Source: Haliotis rufescens (lineage: Eukaryota). From it: a stretch of 64,000 nucleotides of DNA. The stretch is from the NCBI RefSeq assembly GCF_023055435.1, contig NW_025964112.1, forward strand, positions 3,038,001 through 3,102,000, read 5' to 3'. A program made the position numbers and the translations under genes. The notes under the pieces were generated by a model that was not told where the DNA came from, made no database searches, and worked only from the letters and a program-made list of their open reading frames with translations. Positions 53,394 through 64,000 of this stretch are shown piece after piece (positions within the stretch are counted from its first letter, which is position 1; each line of letters begins with the position of its first letter).

Positions 53394-53857
53394 TATATCC
53401 GTCTAACATTGTAATAGATTCATCATATTTCAGCCAGACCATGGTGTCGTACGACACCTGACATAAAGTTATATCCGATGTGAGCTCTTCTCTCACTAGT
53501 AAAACAAAACATCCACCCTGTTTTGATCTCGGAATGGCACGACACCTAAAACAATTCACTTCAAGTGAAAAGATGTTTTCAATCCAGCATTCACATGGAG
53601 AAATAACATCCTAGTTACAAGGAACAGTCTGGACACTAGGGTCCTTCCTGTTTGTTTCAAATCCACCATTAATGTCCATGAGATAAACTTCAGATTTGCT
53701 TCATGTGTATTCTCCAGGCATTCCTACCTAGGGGGATACGATTCAGGGCCTGTGTACAGTTTTCCTTCGATATACAATTTGTCTCGCCAATGTTGCTTTT
53801 CTGTTTCCCCGTCTCGCCTTCTTAAATGCAGGTAACAGCAATTTTCTTCGCCCTTGA

Positions 53858-54305
53858 GGTTACACACAACCAAATGTTTTCCCATAGACTTCTATAGTAA
53901 CGTTATATTTCTTTTTAAAATAACTAAGCATTCAACAGCTATTACCTGTACGTGTGTGCACAGTTTGGCCTTAGAACAGCAATAAAAAAATTAAAAATGA
54001 CTAGCTTAGCCAGCTCCTTTTCCGAGTACCGGAAGCTAAACACACCACCCCCAGTTTCGCACCAAATGTCACCTACTTGAAAATAGCTGTGGTCACATTC
54101 AGCATAAGTCATCATGTTGAAAAAGACAGTACTAAATATAGAAAAACATGGTCAGTTTTACTAACTTGATGGATGTACATTTGAAAGACATAAAAATCTT
54201 ACAGGATATCCTCCAATCACAGCCTGCAGATATCTCTCAATCTGCACTGAGGGCCCTACGAAAACCGCACTGTCCAAACTGGTACTGATTTGGTGTAGTA
54301 GAACC
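53858..54305. mobile_element. Non-autonomous DNA transposon (Kolobok-like), 4-bp TSD TTGA
   Basis: TTGA|GGTTACACACAACCAAAT ... ATTTGGTGTAGTAGAACC|TTGA; excision restores the LINE ORF1 frame; superfamily is inference. Confidence 0.8.
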
Positions 54306-54649
54306 TTGAACAACTTTAGTGAGCTGTACTCCAATAGCTACGTTAGTGCCCTGAAGCTTCTTGCTGCTTTTTCTCACCATCTCCCTTTGTTGATAATTAC
54401 GAAACTTTCCCCCTATAGGCCGTGCTGTGACCGGTATCGGCTTGCCGATTCTGTGTGCTCGCTCGGTCGACTTCTAGTGTTTCAGTAACTGTCAGCTTCT
54501 GTTCGCAGAGTGTCTGAATGACATCCAAACAGTTATCTCCAGCTCCTTCTTCCTTGATAGTATAGAAAAGCAAATTGTCTCTCCTTGGTCTGCTCTGCAA
54601 GTCAACAATTTCCTCGGTTTTTTTCTCTCAGCTTGGTGACAATGTAAGG

Positions 54650-55090
54650 CAGTAACATCCATATCGTCACGTGTCAGGCAGTGAGTAACATCCATATCAT
54701 TACATATCAGACAGTAACTGCCACGTTATCGCATGTGAGACAGTAAATAACATCTATATCACAACATGTCAGACAGAGAGTAACTTCCATATCATTACAT
54801 ATCAGACAGTAACTGCCACGTTATCGCATGTATCACAGTAAGTAACATCTATATCACAACATGTCAGACAGAGAGTAACTTCCATATCATTACATATCAG
54901 ACAGTAACTGCCACGTTATCGCATGTATCACAGTAAGTAACATCTATATCACAACATGTCAGACAGAGAGTAACTTCCTTATCTTCACATGTCAGACAGT
55001 AACGTCTATATCATCAAATGTCAGACAGTAACGTCAATGTCATTTCATGCCAGACAGTAACGCCAAAATCAAGTGTCTGACAGTATTGTC
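54650..55090. repeat. Degenerate GTCAGACAGTAAC-type repeat with a ~100-bp higher-order unit
   Basis: CATATCATTACATATCAGACAGTAACTGCCACGTTATCGCATG repeated three times. Confidence 0.85.
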
Positions 55091-55094
55091 CATG

Positions 55095-56165
55095 AGAGTA
55101 TTGGAATATATGACAGATTGAGAGTACTGGTATATGTCACTGATTGACAGTGCTGGTATATGTCACAGATTGAGAGTACTGGTATATGTCACAGATTGAG
55201 AGTACTGGTATATGTCACAGATTGAGAGTACTGGTATATGTCACAGATTGAGCGTACTGGTATATGTCACAAATTGTCAGTGCTGGTATATGTCACAGAT
55301 TGAGAGTACTGGTATATGTCACAGATTGAGAGTTCTAGTATATGTCACAGATTGAGAGTACTGGTATATGTCACAGATTGAGAGTACTGGTATATGTCAC
55401 AGATTGAGAGTGCTGGTATATGTCACTGATTGACAGTGCTGGTATATGTCACTGATTGACAGTGCTGGTATATGTCACTGATTGACAGTGCTGATATATG
55501 TCACTGATTGACAGTGCTGGTATATGTCACTGATTGACAGTGCTGATATATGTCACTGATTGACAGTGCTGATATATGTCACTGATTGACAGTGATGATA
55601 TACGTCACTGACTGACAGTGCTGGTATATGTCACAGATTGACAGTACTGTTATATGTCACTGATTGACAGTGCAGGTATATGTCACTGATTGACAGTGCT
55701 GGTATATGTCACTGATTGACAGTGCTGATATATGTCACTGATTGACAGTGCTGGTATATGTCACAGATTGACAGTGCAGGTATATGTCACAGATTGAGAG
55801 TGTTGGTGTATGTTACTGATTGACAGTGCTGGTATATGTCACTGATTGACAGTGCTGATATATGTCACAGATTGACAGTACTGTTATATGTAACTGATTG
55901 ACAGTGCTGGTATATGTCACTGATTGACAGTGCTGATATATGTCACTGATTGACAGTGCTGGTATATGTCACTGATTGACAGTGCTGATAAATCTCACAG
56001 ATTGACAGTACTGTTATATGTCACTGATTGGCAGTGCTGGTATATGCCACTGACAGACAGTACTTGTATATGTCACAGATTGACAGTGCTGGTATATGTC
56101 ACTGATTGACAATACTTTTATATATCACCGATTGACAGTACTTGTATGCCACACAGATTGACAGG
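55095..56165. repeat. 26-bp minisatellite
   Basis: Unit TGA(C/G)AGT(G/A)CTGGTATATGTCAC(T/A)GAT. Confidence 0.95.
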
Positions 56166-56814
56166 ACAGCCATGCCCGCAATGTAAGGTTCCCGTACACG
56201 CAACCTACACTTGATGTAAACTAAACTCTACATAAAGGGCACATCACCCTGTTTGCTGCCTCGCCACATCTTCGTGACACACTGGTAGCATTATCACGTG
56301 CAGTGACCGCAACACACTGCACACACAGCTCGATGCCATTTTACCTCGAAACTTGCACGATTCAGGCATTGACATAGAGAGAACACTTTCGTGTTACACA
56401 ATTACTTAAAGCTCCAGGGTGAAGTGTTCGATGATATGATATTTGTGTTTAATATCGTGCAGTGGAAATCTTCTATAAATGGAAGCCGGGATGAATGTGT
56501 CCATTATCTACTCATGGCATGAAAACCCACATCCCCTGCAGCGTTAGATGCTGTATTGATATTCCTCAATCCCGGGGAGTCAGTGAATAGGACTTATAAT
56601 GGTGCCTTCAGTTGCAACAACAGTATCTGGCCTCACACGGTGAAACCATTTAGGGAATCGAACCCACTGCCCTTATGTCGCCGTCAATATCACAGCAGAG
56701 GACAAGAAGAATGGGCTTCACTCGTCGTACTCGCGTGGGACATGACAACCGGGGCTTTGGTATTGTCTTCACTTGGCTTTCCTTCCCTCCGCTTTCCCGA
56801 AATGTCCCGGCTTG

Positions 56815-56905
56815 GACACCAGGGATTAGCTTCACATATTGCACTCATGTGGGAATCAAACCCGGGCTTTCAATGTGACAAGCGAACGCTTTAACCACTG
56901 GGCTT
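56815..56905 (-). mobile_element. tRNA-derived SINE family A head, older inverted copy
   Basis: Reverse complement of the family A head (AGCCCAGTGGTTAAAGCGTTCGCT...CCCGGGTTTGATTCCC). Confidence 0.8.
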
Positions 56906-56941
56906 TAATCATACCCTACCTCCTGGTGCCAGGACAGATGA

Positions 56942-57112
56942 GGGGCGGTGGGGTAGCCTAGTGGTTAAAGCGTTCGCTCGTCACGCCGAAGACCCGGGTT
57001 CGAATCCCGACATGGGTACAATGTGTGAAGCCCATTTCTGGTGTCCCCCGTCGTGATATTGCTGGAATATTGCTAAAAGCGGCGTAAAACCAAACTCCCT
57101 CACTCACTCACT
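56942..57112 (+). mobile_element. tRNA-derived SINE family A, young full-length copy with 12-bp TSD
   Basis: CAGGACAGATGA at 56930-56941 and 57113-57124; intact A and B boxes. Confidence 0.95.
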
Positions 57113-57856
57113 CAGGACAGATGAAGTCTCTAAGGCAATAATTATAAGTTTAAATCATTTCTAGATCATAAAAATTACTAAGAAAATGTTGTCCCCATAA
57201 GAGACGGGAATCCGTGTACTGTCAACATATCTAGACTTGCTTATTAGAAGGATAGAAGTACTACACATCCATGGACGTATCTTTCAATACAGCCTTGGAG
57301 CAAGGCTAACATGTTACCTGCTGCCACAAGGATAGAATAACTATACACTCATGGACTCAGTACAGCTTTGGAGCAAGGCTAGGAGAGACGTTTACAGCCT
57401 TATAAAAAAACACACACAAATAGAGGTAATCGTTTATTGCTTGGCAAAAATAAAGGACAGTACTTCTCCTAGTTTGGCCGTAGACAAGGCCACACCGTTT
57501 CACTTGAAACAAGAGCAACATACATACATCATAACAAGATATATACTCCGTCAGATCATGGCGCGTACAACTGACAACAGGAGTTCGCTCCCTTTGCACC
57601 ATCACAAGTTCTCTCCCCTGAGGCAAGATAATTCTTTTTTTAAATTCACGTGAAATCTCGGGAGTTGTCGACTGAGTCAACAAGTAGATATAAGAATGAA
57701 CGATGCACAAAATATACATGCAGTTGACCATTTGTACGATAATATGAACGGGGTTGTGGCGAGACTGTGAAACTAACACTATACATGGAGAGAGACTTCA
57801 CAATGAAAGGACATCAAGGACTGATCAACATTTGTCAACATCTGCGTCTGCAACGT

Positions 57857-57938
57857 CTAGGGACGCTGACTCGCGCGGGCCAGGTTGGTGAGAGCCAGGG
57901 CAGCATCTATTGTCTTCCAGTACATGTCCTTGTCCTCC
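57857..57938 (-). CDS. Candidate terminal coding exon (EDKDMYWKTIDAALALTNLARASQRP*)
   Basis: CTCTCCCCCTTGTTTCAG acceptor; 1+81 nt ending in TAG; phase matches the 58030-58063 exon over a 91-nt intron. Confidence 0.6.
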
Positions 57939-58029
57939 CTGAAACAAGGGGGAGAGCGTGAATATTTCAGTTATATCGCGGACAGGCCCCTGAAGTAGGA
58001 TGATGATATCACTGAAACACCGGACCCAC

Positions 58030-58063
58030 ATATATCGACGAGGTACGTCACTCGCTGTCATGG
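58030..58063 (-). CDS. Candidate 34-nt exon (AMTASDVPRRYM)
   Basis: CTGATTTCAACTTCAG acceptor, AT|GTGGGT donor; phase 1 in, phase 2 out. Confidence 0.55.
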
Positions 58064-58224
58064 CTGAAGTTGAAATCAGCTCTCTCGTTTAAATTAAATG
58101 GAAATGTATGCATGCCGTGTTCACAATACCTCTCTACCTCCCTACACACACGCCCTGCATGCCACAAACCTTCATTTATTGCAATTTATTACCTATATCG
58201 AGTGATTTTATCGAAATATTGGCT

Positions 58225-58375
58225 CATTCGCGACTGCGCGACGGCCACGGAAGTAAACAAAAATATCCGCACTCAATGGCGTAAAGTGCTCTGATTGGTA
58301 AATATCACCATGTGCGTTAGTTATGATTGGAGTGTGGACCAATCACAGCTTCAGGAGCCTGTGATATCGCGGCCT
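58225..58375. promoter_or_regulatory. Candidate promoter: CCAAT cluster plus ETS/Fox-like motif
   Basis: CTGATTGG, ATGATTGG, ACCAATCA, CGGAAGTAAACAA, CpG-rich; minus-strand donor TAG|GTAATA at 58193/58192. Confidence 0.35.
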
Positions 58376-58392
58376 GTTAGCGCAAAGTGAGT

Positions 58393-58641
58393 GTTTGTTT
58401 GTTGTTTAACGTCACACTCAGCAATATTCAAGCTATATGACGGCGGTCTGTAAATAATCAAGTATGGACCAGACAATCAAGTGATTGACATCATGAGCAT
58501 CGATCCACGCAATTGGGAAACGATGACATGCATCAACCAAGTCAGCGAGTCTGACCACCCGATCCCGTCTCGTACGACAAGCATTGTCGCCTTTTAAGGC
58601 AAGAATGGGTTGCTGAAGACCTATTCTAACCCGGATCTTCG
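58393..58641 (-). mobile_element. SINE family B
   Basis: Reverse complement of 6174-6436, slightly deleted. Confidence 0.9.
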
Positions 58642-59094
58642 GAGTGAGAGGAAAGACCAAAGTGTCCAAACACAAAGGAGCGAGAGAGTGCGCCTTTAAG
58701 TTGTATGACCGTCGATTAGAGCAATGTTGGGGCAAAGCTTGACGTGTCCCACAACCATTGGATCCGCTACGGAAACCTCGTTAATCCAGATAGTATCGTT
58801 CCTATAGACGTTGTGCTAATAAACACAATTCCGGATGAACGAGTCAAAGACCCGTATTAATGTCCCACTCACACAGGCATTGACGAACAAGGTTTTATGA
58901 CAGTTCTCCGCTTGTTATATCGGGGGTGTCGGTGTACCGAGGCACAACTTAGATGCTACACTGACGTGATGAGCATATATTTCGATAACTTTCGAAGAAA
59001 TAAAATAATCCTCTTGTTTTCCTCTGATCCTCTGATTATTATACAGCGATGGCATGTAACTGAACAACGCAAGGGAAAGGTTGAAATCACTGAC

Positions 59095-59152
59095 CTGTTA
59101 TCGCCTGTTGTGCGTCTTTTCTTGGCAGGAAGTTCGCCATCCTCTGGGAAAT
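59095..59152 (-). CDS. Candidate 58-nt exon (ISQRMANFLPRKDAQQAIT)
   Basis: CTAAC branch point, TCTCTTCATGTTGCAG acceptor, CAG|GTCAGT donor; phase 0 in, phase 1 out. Confidence 0.6.
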
Positions 59153-59164
59153 CTGCAACATGAA

Positions 59165-59930
59165 GAGACCACGTTAGACCTACATGACGGCAGAGGCCCG
59201 AGGGACCACGTTAGACCTACATGACGGTAGAGGCCCAAGGGACTACGTTAGACCTGCATGACGGCAGAGGCCCAAGAAACCACGTTAGACCTGCATGACG
59301 GCAGAGGCCCAAGGGACTACGTTAGACCTACATGACGGCAGAGGCCCAAGAAACCACGTTAGACCTGCATGAAGGCAGAGGCCCAAGGGACTACGTTAGA
59401 CCTACATGACGGCAGAGGCCCAAGAAACCACGTTAGACCTACATGACGGCAGAGGCCAAAGAAACCACGTTAGACCTGCATGACGGCAGAGGCCCAAGGG
59501 ACTACGTTAGACCTGCATGACGGCAGAGGCCCAAGAAACCACGTTAGACCTGCATGACGGCAGAGGCCCAAGGGACTACGTTAGACCCACATGACGACAG
59601 AGGCCCAAGAAACCACGTTAGGCCTACATGACGGCAGAGGCCCAAGAGGCCACGTTAGATCTACATGACGGCAGAGGCCCAAGAGACCACGTTAGATCTA
59701 CATGACGGCAGAGGCCCAAGAGACCACGTTAGACCTACATGACGGCAGAGGCCTAAGAGACCACGTTAGATCTACATGACGGCAGAGGCCCAAGAGACCA
59801 CGTTAGATCTACATGACGGCAGAGGCCCAAGATACCACGTTATAGACCTGCATGACGGCAGAGGCCCAAGGAAGGGTGTTAGACCTACATGACGGCACGG
59901 CCTGACGGGAGATGTTAGACCTACATGACG
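59165..59930. repeat. 37-bp minisatellite
   Basis: Unit CCACGTTAGACCTACATGACGGCAGAGGCCCAAGAGA. Confidence 0.95.
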
Positions 59931-60064
59931 CCCCCTCCCCCCTCACACACACACACACACACACGAACGCACGCACGCACGAACGCACACACCACACCTC
60001 CCGCCCCCAGTGATATAGCTGGGATATTGCTAATAGAGGCGTGAAACCCAGCTCACTTATTCAC

Positions 60065-60104
60065 CTTCTCTGGTTCATTACTCATCGTAGAAGTCCTTGC
60101 GTCA
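60065..60104 (-). CDS. Candidate 40-nt exon (DARTSTMSNEPEK)
   Basis: GATTCAG acceptor, AAG|GTGAAT donor overlapping a SINE A tail (60000-60064); its only open frame exits in phase 0. Confidence 0.35.
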
Positions 60105-60574
60105 CTGAATCACATTAATTGCCAGACTAGCGATGAGAAATGTCAAAAACAAACCACTCCCCCCGAGCTGTGGAACCCGATGCCAGCGTTTCCCCATTAC
60201 TGGGGCATAATTTGAGAAGTTCCATTATGAGTAAATTACACGCACGATTTTCTTTAAGTCATAAAGAAGTTCTGTTCTTCGGTTTCCTCATTGACATTTT
60301 CCAAGCCATTACCGTTTCTTTTTAAGGGGCATCTTAACATTTCCAGGTAGTAGACAGGTCATTCTAGTTTTTAAAACCAATATTCTCCTTTGAATGTAAG
60401 GGTGTTATGACAAGCGAAACACATTATCCAGTACTGCACTCTCACTAAAACAGTACGGACAATACCTGCTTTATTCTATGAAAAATAGATTATATATTTT
60501 AAAATACAAAATTAATAATTCAGGAAAATAAGGTAAAGGCGACATAACTCCTATTGATTCTATTTGGCACTCAC

Positions 60575-60585
60575 CTATTTGAGAC
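60575..60585 (-). CDS. Candidate 11-nt micro-exon (VSNS)
   Basis: GCTAATTTAG|GTCTCAAATAG|GTGAGT; phase-compatible with the 60065-60104 exon. Confidence 0.25.
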
Positions 60586-61896
60586 CTAAATTAGCAACAC
60601 TGATTGGGTGAGTGCGTATAGTTAACGCCGGTTTGAACAGTATCACGGCGTGCAGCTTGATGAGGGAGTAAAATGCCGTTATTAACGAAAAACAAAGTGA
60701 TGTCTATTATTCAAATGCAGCGTGTTTACACAAAACAGTAAGACGGATTCACGTTCTTGTATTACATGTTATTTCTATAATAATAATAATTGTTTGCAGT
60801 AAGTCAAAGAATCACTCAATATGTTACGTGGTACTATAGTGTCACAGTGACCGAGTTGACTCCTTGCTCGGGAAGTGTCGGAGTTGACCATATATGCTGT
60901 TGCTTGCTACATGACCTAGTGTGTCATACATAGCCTGCTACTAACATATCCAATACAGCCCATGCAAGTCGATCATATTTGGCAAGTCTAGATTACTGCA
61001 GTTTCTGAAAATGAAGTCTCTTGGCTCCTTTCTATCATATTTTATAACTATAATTTAACAACTGCTTTTTGTGTGTAAAATATGTTCATTTCAGAGACTA
61101 GGTGTTAGTCTATTCATAACCCTGGCAGTGGTATAACAGTGATACCGTCAACATCACACCACTGTTTAGTTTTAACCCGCGTTCTGACGCAAATTCAACA
61201 TCAAAAGCTTTTAACGGAAGGAATTTTCATATAGGAGAAAAGTTCAGTTTAGTGCAGTGCCGAGATCACAGCCTGTCCCGGCTATAAACCCACGTGGACT
61301 GAACAAGGCAGCGGGACATGCGTCATACAATGCACTAAACGACCCCACTGCAGTGGTCGCGCCACGAGATAACATACAGCATGACTAATACCTCCCAAAT
61401 CAATTTTTATCAGCATAATTTATTACATTATTCAGCTTTTAGGGAGTTGTCCATATATGTGGAAACTGCACCATCTGACTTTTATAGGTCATTGTGATAT
61501 ATGTCATCTAGGCGAGATATAATTTATTTATTGCCGTGGGTACGAGGTGTGAAGTAATTATAACGCAGGAATGCTATTCCTGCAGCACGCGGCATGTTTA
61601 CAGCTGAGTAGTGCGGAATACAGCGGTAGGCGGTAAAATTAATAGAATCAATAATATTAATTGTATGTAGTCGTGTATATATTTGCTTCGTAAAGTATTG
61701 CTGTTTGAAGCGCCCTTCCCGCCAAGCGTTCCACGGAAGTGTGTTTGGATATGCACTGACATTAGATATACATTGATACACACTGACATTAGATATACAT
61801 TGATACACACTGACATTTAACGTTCTTAGAGGTTAAACTGGGAAAAAGAATCAGTGGCCATTATATGCTGCATGGGAAACTAGGTCCTCAATCAGT

Positions 61897-64000
61897 GAAC
61901 AGAACACGTGTAGAGAGGCTGACAGAACATTGGTTGGGGCTGACAGAACACGTGTAGAGAGGCTGACAGAACACGTGTAGAGAGGCTGACAGGACACGTG
62001 TAGAGAGGCTGACAGAACACGTGTAGAGAGGCTGACAGAACACGTGTAGAGAGGCTGACAGAACACGTGTAGGGAGGCTGACAGAACACGTGGAGAAAGG
62101 CTGACAGGACATTGGTTGGGGCTGACAGAACACGTGTAGAGAGGCTGACAGAACACGTGTAGAGAGGCTGACAGGACACGTGTAGAGAGGCTGACAGAAC
62201 ACGTGTAGAGAGGCTGACAGAACACGTGTAGAGAGGCTGACAGGACACGTGTAGAGAGGCTGACAGAACACGTGTAGAGAGGCTGACAGAACACGTGTAG
62301 GGAGGCTGACAGAACACGTGGAGAAAGGCTGACAGAACATTGGTTGGGGCTGACAGAACACGTGTAGAGAGGCTGACAGAACACGTGTAGAGAGGCTGAC
62401 AGGACACGTGTAGAGAGGCTGACAGAACACGTGTAGAGAGGCTGACAGAACACGTGTAGAGAGGCTGACAGGACACGTGTAGAGAGGCTGACAGAACACG
62501 TGTAGAGAGGCTGACAGAACACGTGTAGAGAGGCTGACAGAACACGTGTAGGGAGGCTGACAGAACACGTGGAGAAAGGCTGACAGGACACTGGTTGGGG
62601 CTGACAGGACACGTGTAGAGAGGCTGACAGAACACGTGTAGAGAGGCTGACAGAACACGTGTAGAGAGGCTGACAGAACACGTGTAGAGAGGCTGACAGA
62701 ACACGTGTAGAGAGGCTGACAGAACACGTGTAGGGAGGCTGACAGAACACGTGTAGAGAGGCTGACAGAACACGTGGAGAGAGGCTGACAGGACACTGGT
62801 TGGGGCTGACAGAACACGTGTAGAGAGGCTGACAGAACACGTGTAGAGAGGCTGACAGAACACGTGTAGAGAGGCTGACAGAACACTGGTTGGGGCTGAC
62901 AGAACACGTGTAGAGAGGCTGACAGGACACTGGTTGGGGCTGACAGAACACGTGTAGAGAGGCTGACAGAACATTGGTTGGGGCTGACAGAACACGTGTA
63001 GAGAGGCTGACAGAACACGTGTAGGGAGGCTGACAGAACACGTGTAGAGAGGCTGACAGGACACTGGTTGGGGCTGACAGAACACGTGTAGAGAGGCTGA
63101 CAGAACACGTGTAGAGAGGCTGACAGAACATTGGTTGGGGCTGACAGAACACGTGTAGAGAGGCTGACAGAACACGTGTAGGGAGGCTGACAGAACACGT
63201 GTAGAGAGGCTGACAGAACATTGGTTGGGGCTGACAGAACACGTGTAGAGAGGCTGACAGAACACGTGTAGGGAGGCTGACAGAACACGTGTAGAGAGGC
63301 TGACAGAACACGTGTAGAGAGGCTGACAGAACACGTGTAGAGAGGCTGACAGAACACGTGTAGAGAGGCTGACAGAACACTGGTTGGGGCTGACAGAACA
63401 CGTGGAGAAAGGCTGACAGGACACTGGTTGGGGCTGACAGGACACGTGTAGAGAGGCTGACAGAACACGTGTAGAGAGGCTGACAGAACACGTGTAGAGA
63501 GGCTGACAGAACATTGGTTGGGGCTGACAGAAAACGTGTAGAGAGGCTGACAGAACACGTGTAGAGAGGCTGACAGAACACGTGTAGAGAGGCTGACAGA
63601 ACACGTGTAGAGAGGCTGACAGAACACGTGTAGAGAGGCTGACAGAACACGTGTAGAGAGGCTGACAGAACATTGGTTGGGGCTGACAGAAAACGTGTAG
63701 AGAGGCTGACAGAACACGTGTAGAGAGGCTGACAGAACACGTGTAGAGAGGCTGACAGAACACTGGTTGGGGCTGACAGAACACGTGGAGAAAGGCTGAC
63801 AGGACACTGGTTGGGGCTGACAGGACACGTGTAGAGAGGCTGACAGAACACGTGTAGAGAGGCTGACAGAACACGTGTAGAGAGGCTGACAGAACACGTG
63901 TAGGGAGGCTGACAGAACACGTGTAGAGAGGCTGACAGAACACGTGTAGAGAGGCTGACAGAACACTGGTTGGGGCTGACAGAACACGTGGAGAAAGGCT
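61897..64000. repeat. 23/21-bp two-variant minisatellite (runs off window end)
   Basis: CACGTGTAGAGAGGCTGACAGAA interspersed with CA(T/C)TGGTTGGGGCTGACAGAA. Confidence 0.97.

Larger units (their letters stand above)
52450..54605 (-). mobile_element. Degenerate, internally deleted LINE (L1-type ORF1 plus APE endonuclease start), twice interrupted
   Basis: LQSRPRRDNLLFY..EE..DNC..VDRA; KLQGTNVAIGVQLTKVVQGRRKLLLPAFKKAR..DKLYIEGKLY (ORF1); LKFISW.INGG..DVI..ECW..SKQGG..LLVR..MVWLK (endonuclease); VNRSVRQLL. Confidence 0.8.

Noticed and set aside
56270-56340. Minus-strand start AAAATGGCATCG (MASSCVCSVLR...)
   Set aside because: Stops after ~31 codons with no convincing donor or homology
61851-63987. 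Three ~690-aa minus-strand ORFs
   Set aside because: All three frames are open only because the repeat lacks stops; the peptides cycle through frames
1-64000. CRISPR-like appearance of the 23-40-bp repeats
   Set aside because: Units are head-to-tail with no unique spacers, no cas genes are present, and the context is eukaryotic

Overview
This is animal (eukaryotic) genomic DNA, not prokaryotic. It is probably a gastropod mollusc: I recall the tRNA-headed SINE as abalone (Haliotis)-like, which is inference and unverified. By my tally about half of the window is made of ~20 unrelated tandem minisatellite arrays (units ~21-221 bp). These arrays produce nearly all the long ORFs in the track, which are artefacts. 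The spacers hold decayed transposons, often nested: a Penelope-like RT (2960-4490), a Gmr1-type Gypsy remnant with integrase upstream of RT (6060-8330), two LINE fragments, a Tc1 remnant, several MITE-like elements and three SINE-like families that share a 3' tail. No complete host gene is identifiable. The best host-gene signal is a chain of five phase-compatible short minus-strand exons (60585 to 57857) ending in ...DAALALTNLARASQRP*. There is also a motif-rich TATA promoter with a first-exon donor at 23630-24169. The most intriguing items are: (i) a non-tRNA SINE head that folds into a conserved multi-way junction with a loop-loop pseudoknot, a ribozyme-like candidate; (ii) a 51-bp satellite born from that same head; (iii) minisatellites that look like amplified branch-point/3' splice-site units abutting candidate exons; and (iv) a 32-bp transposon with a perfect 8-bp target-site duplication (TSD).
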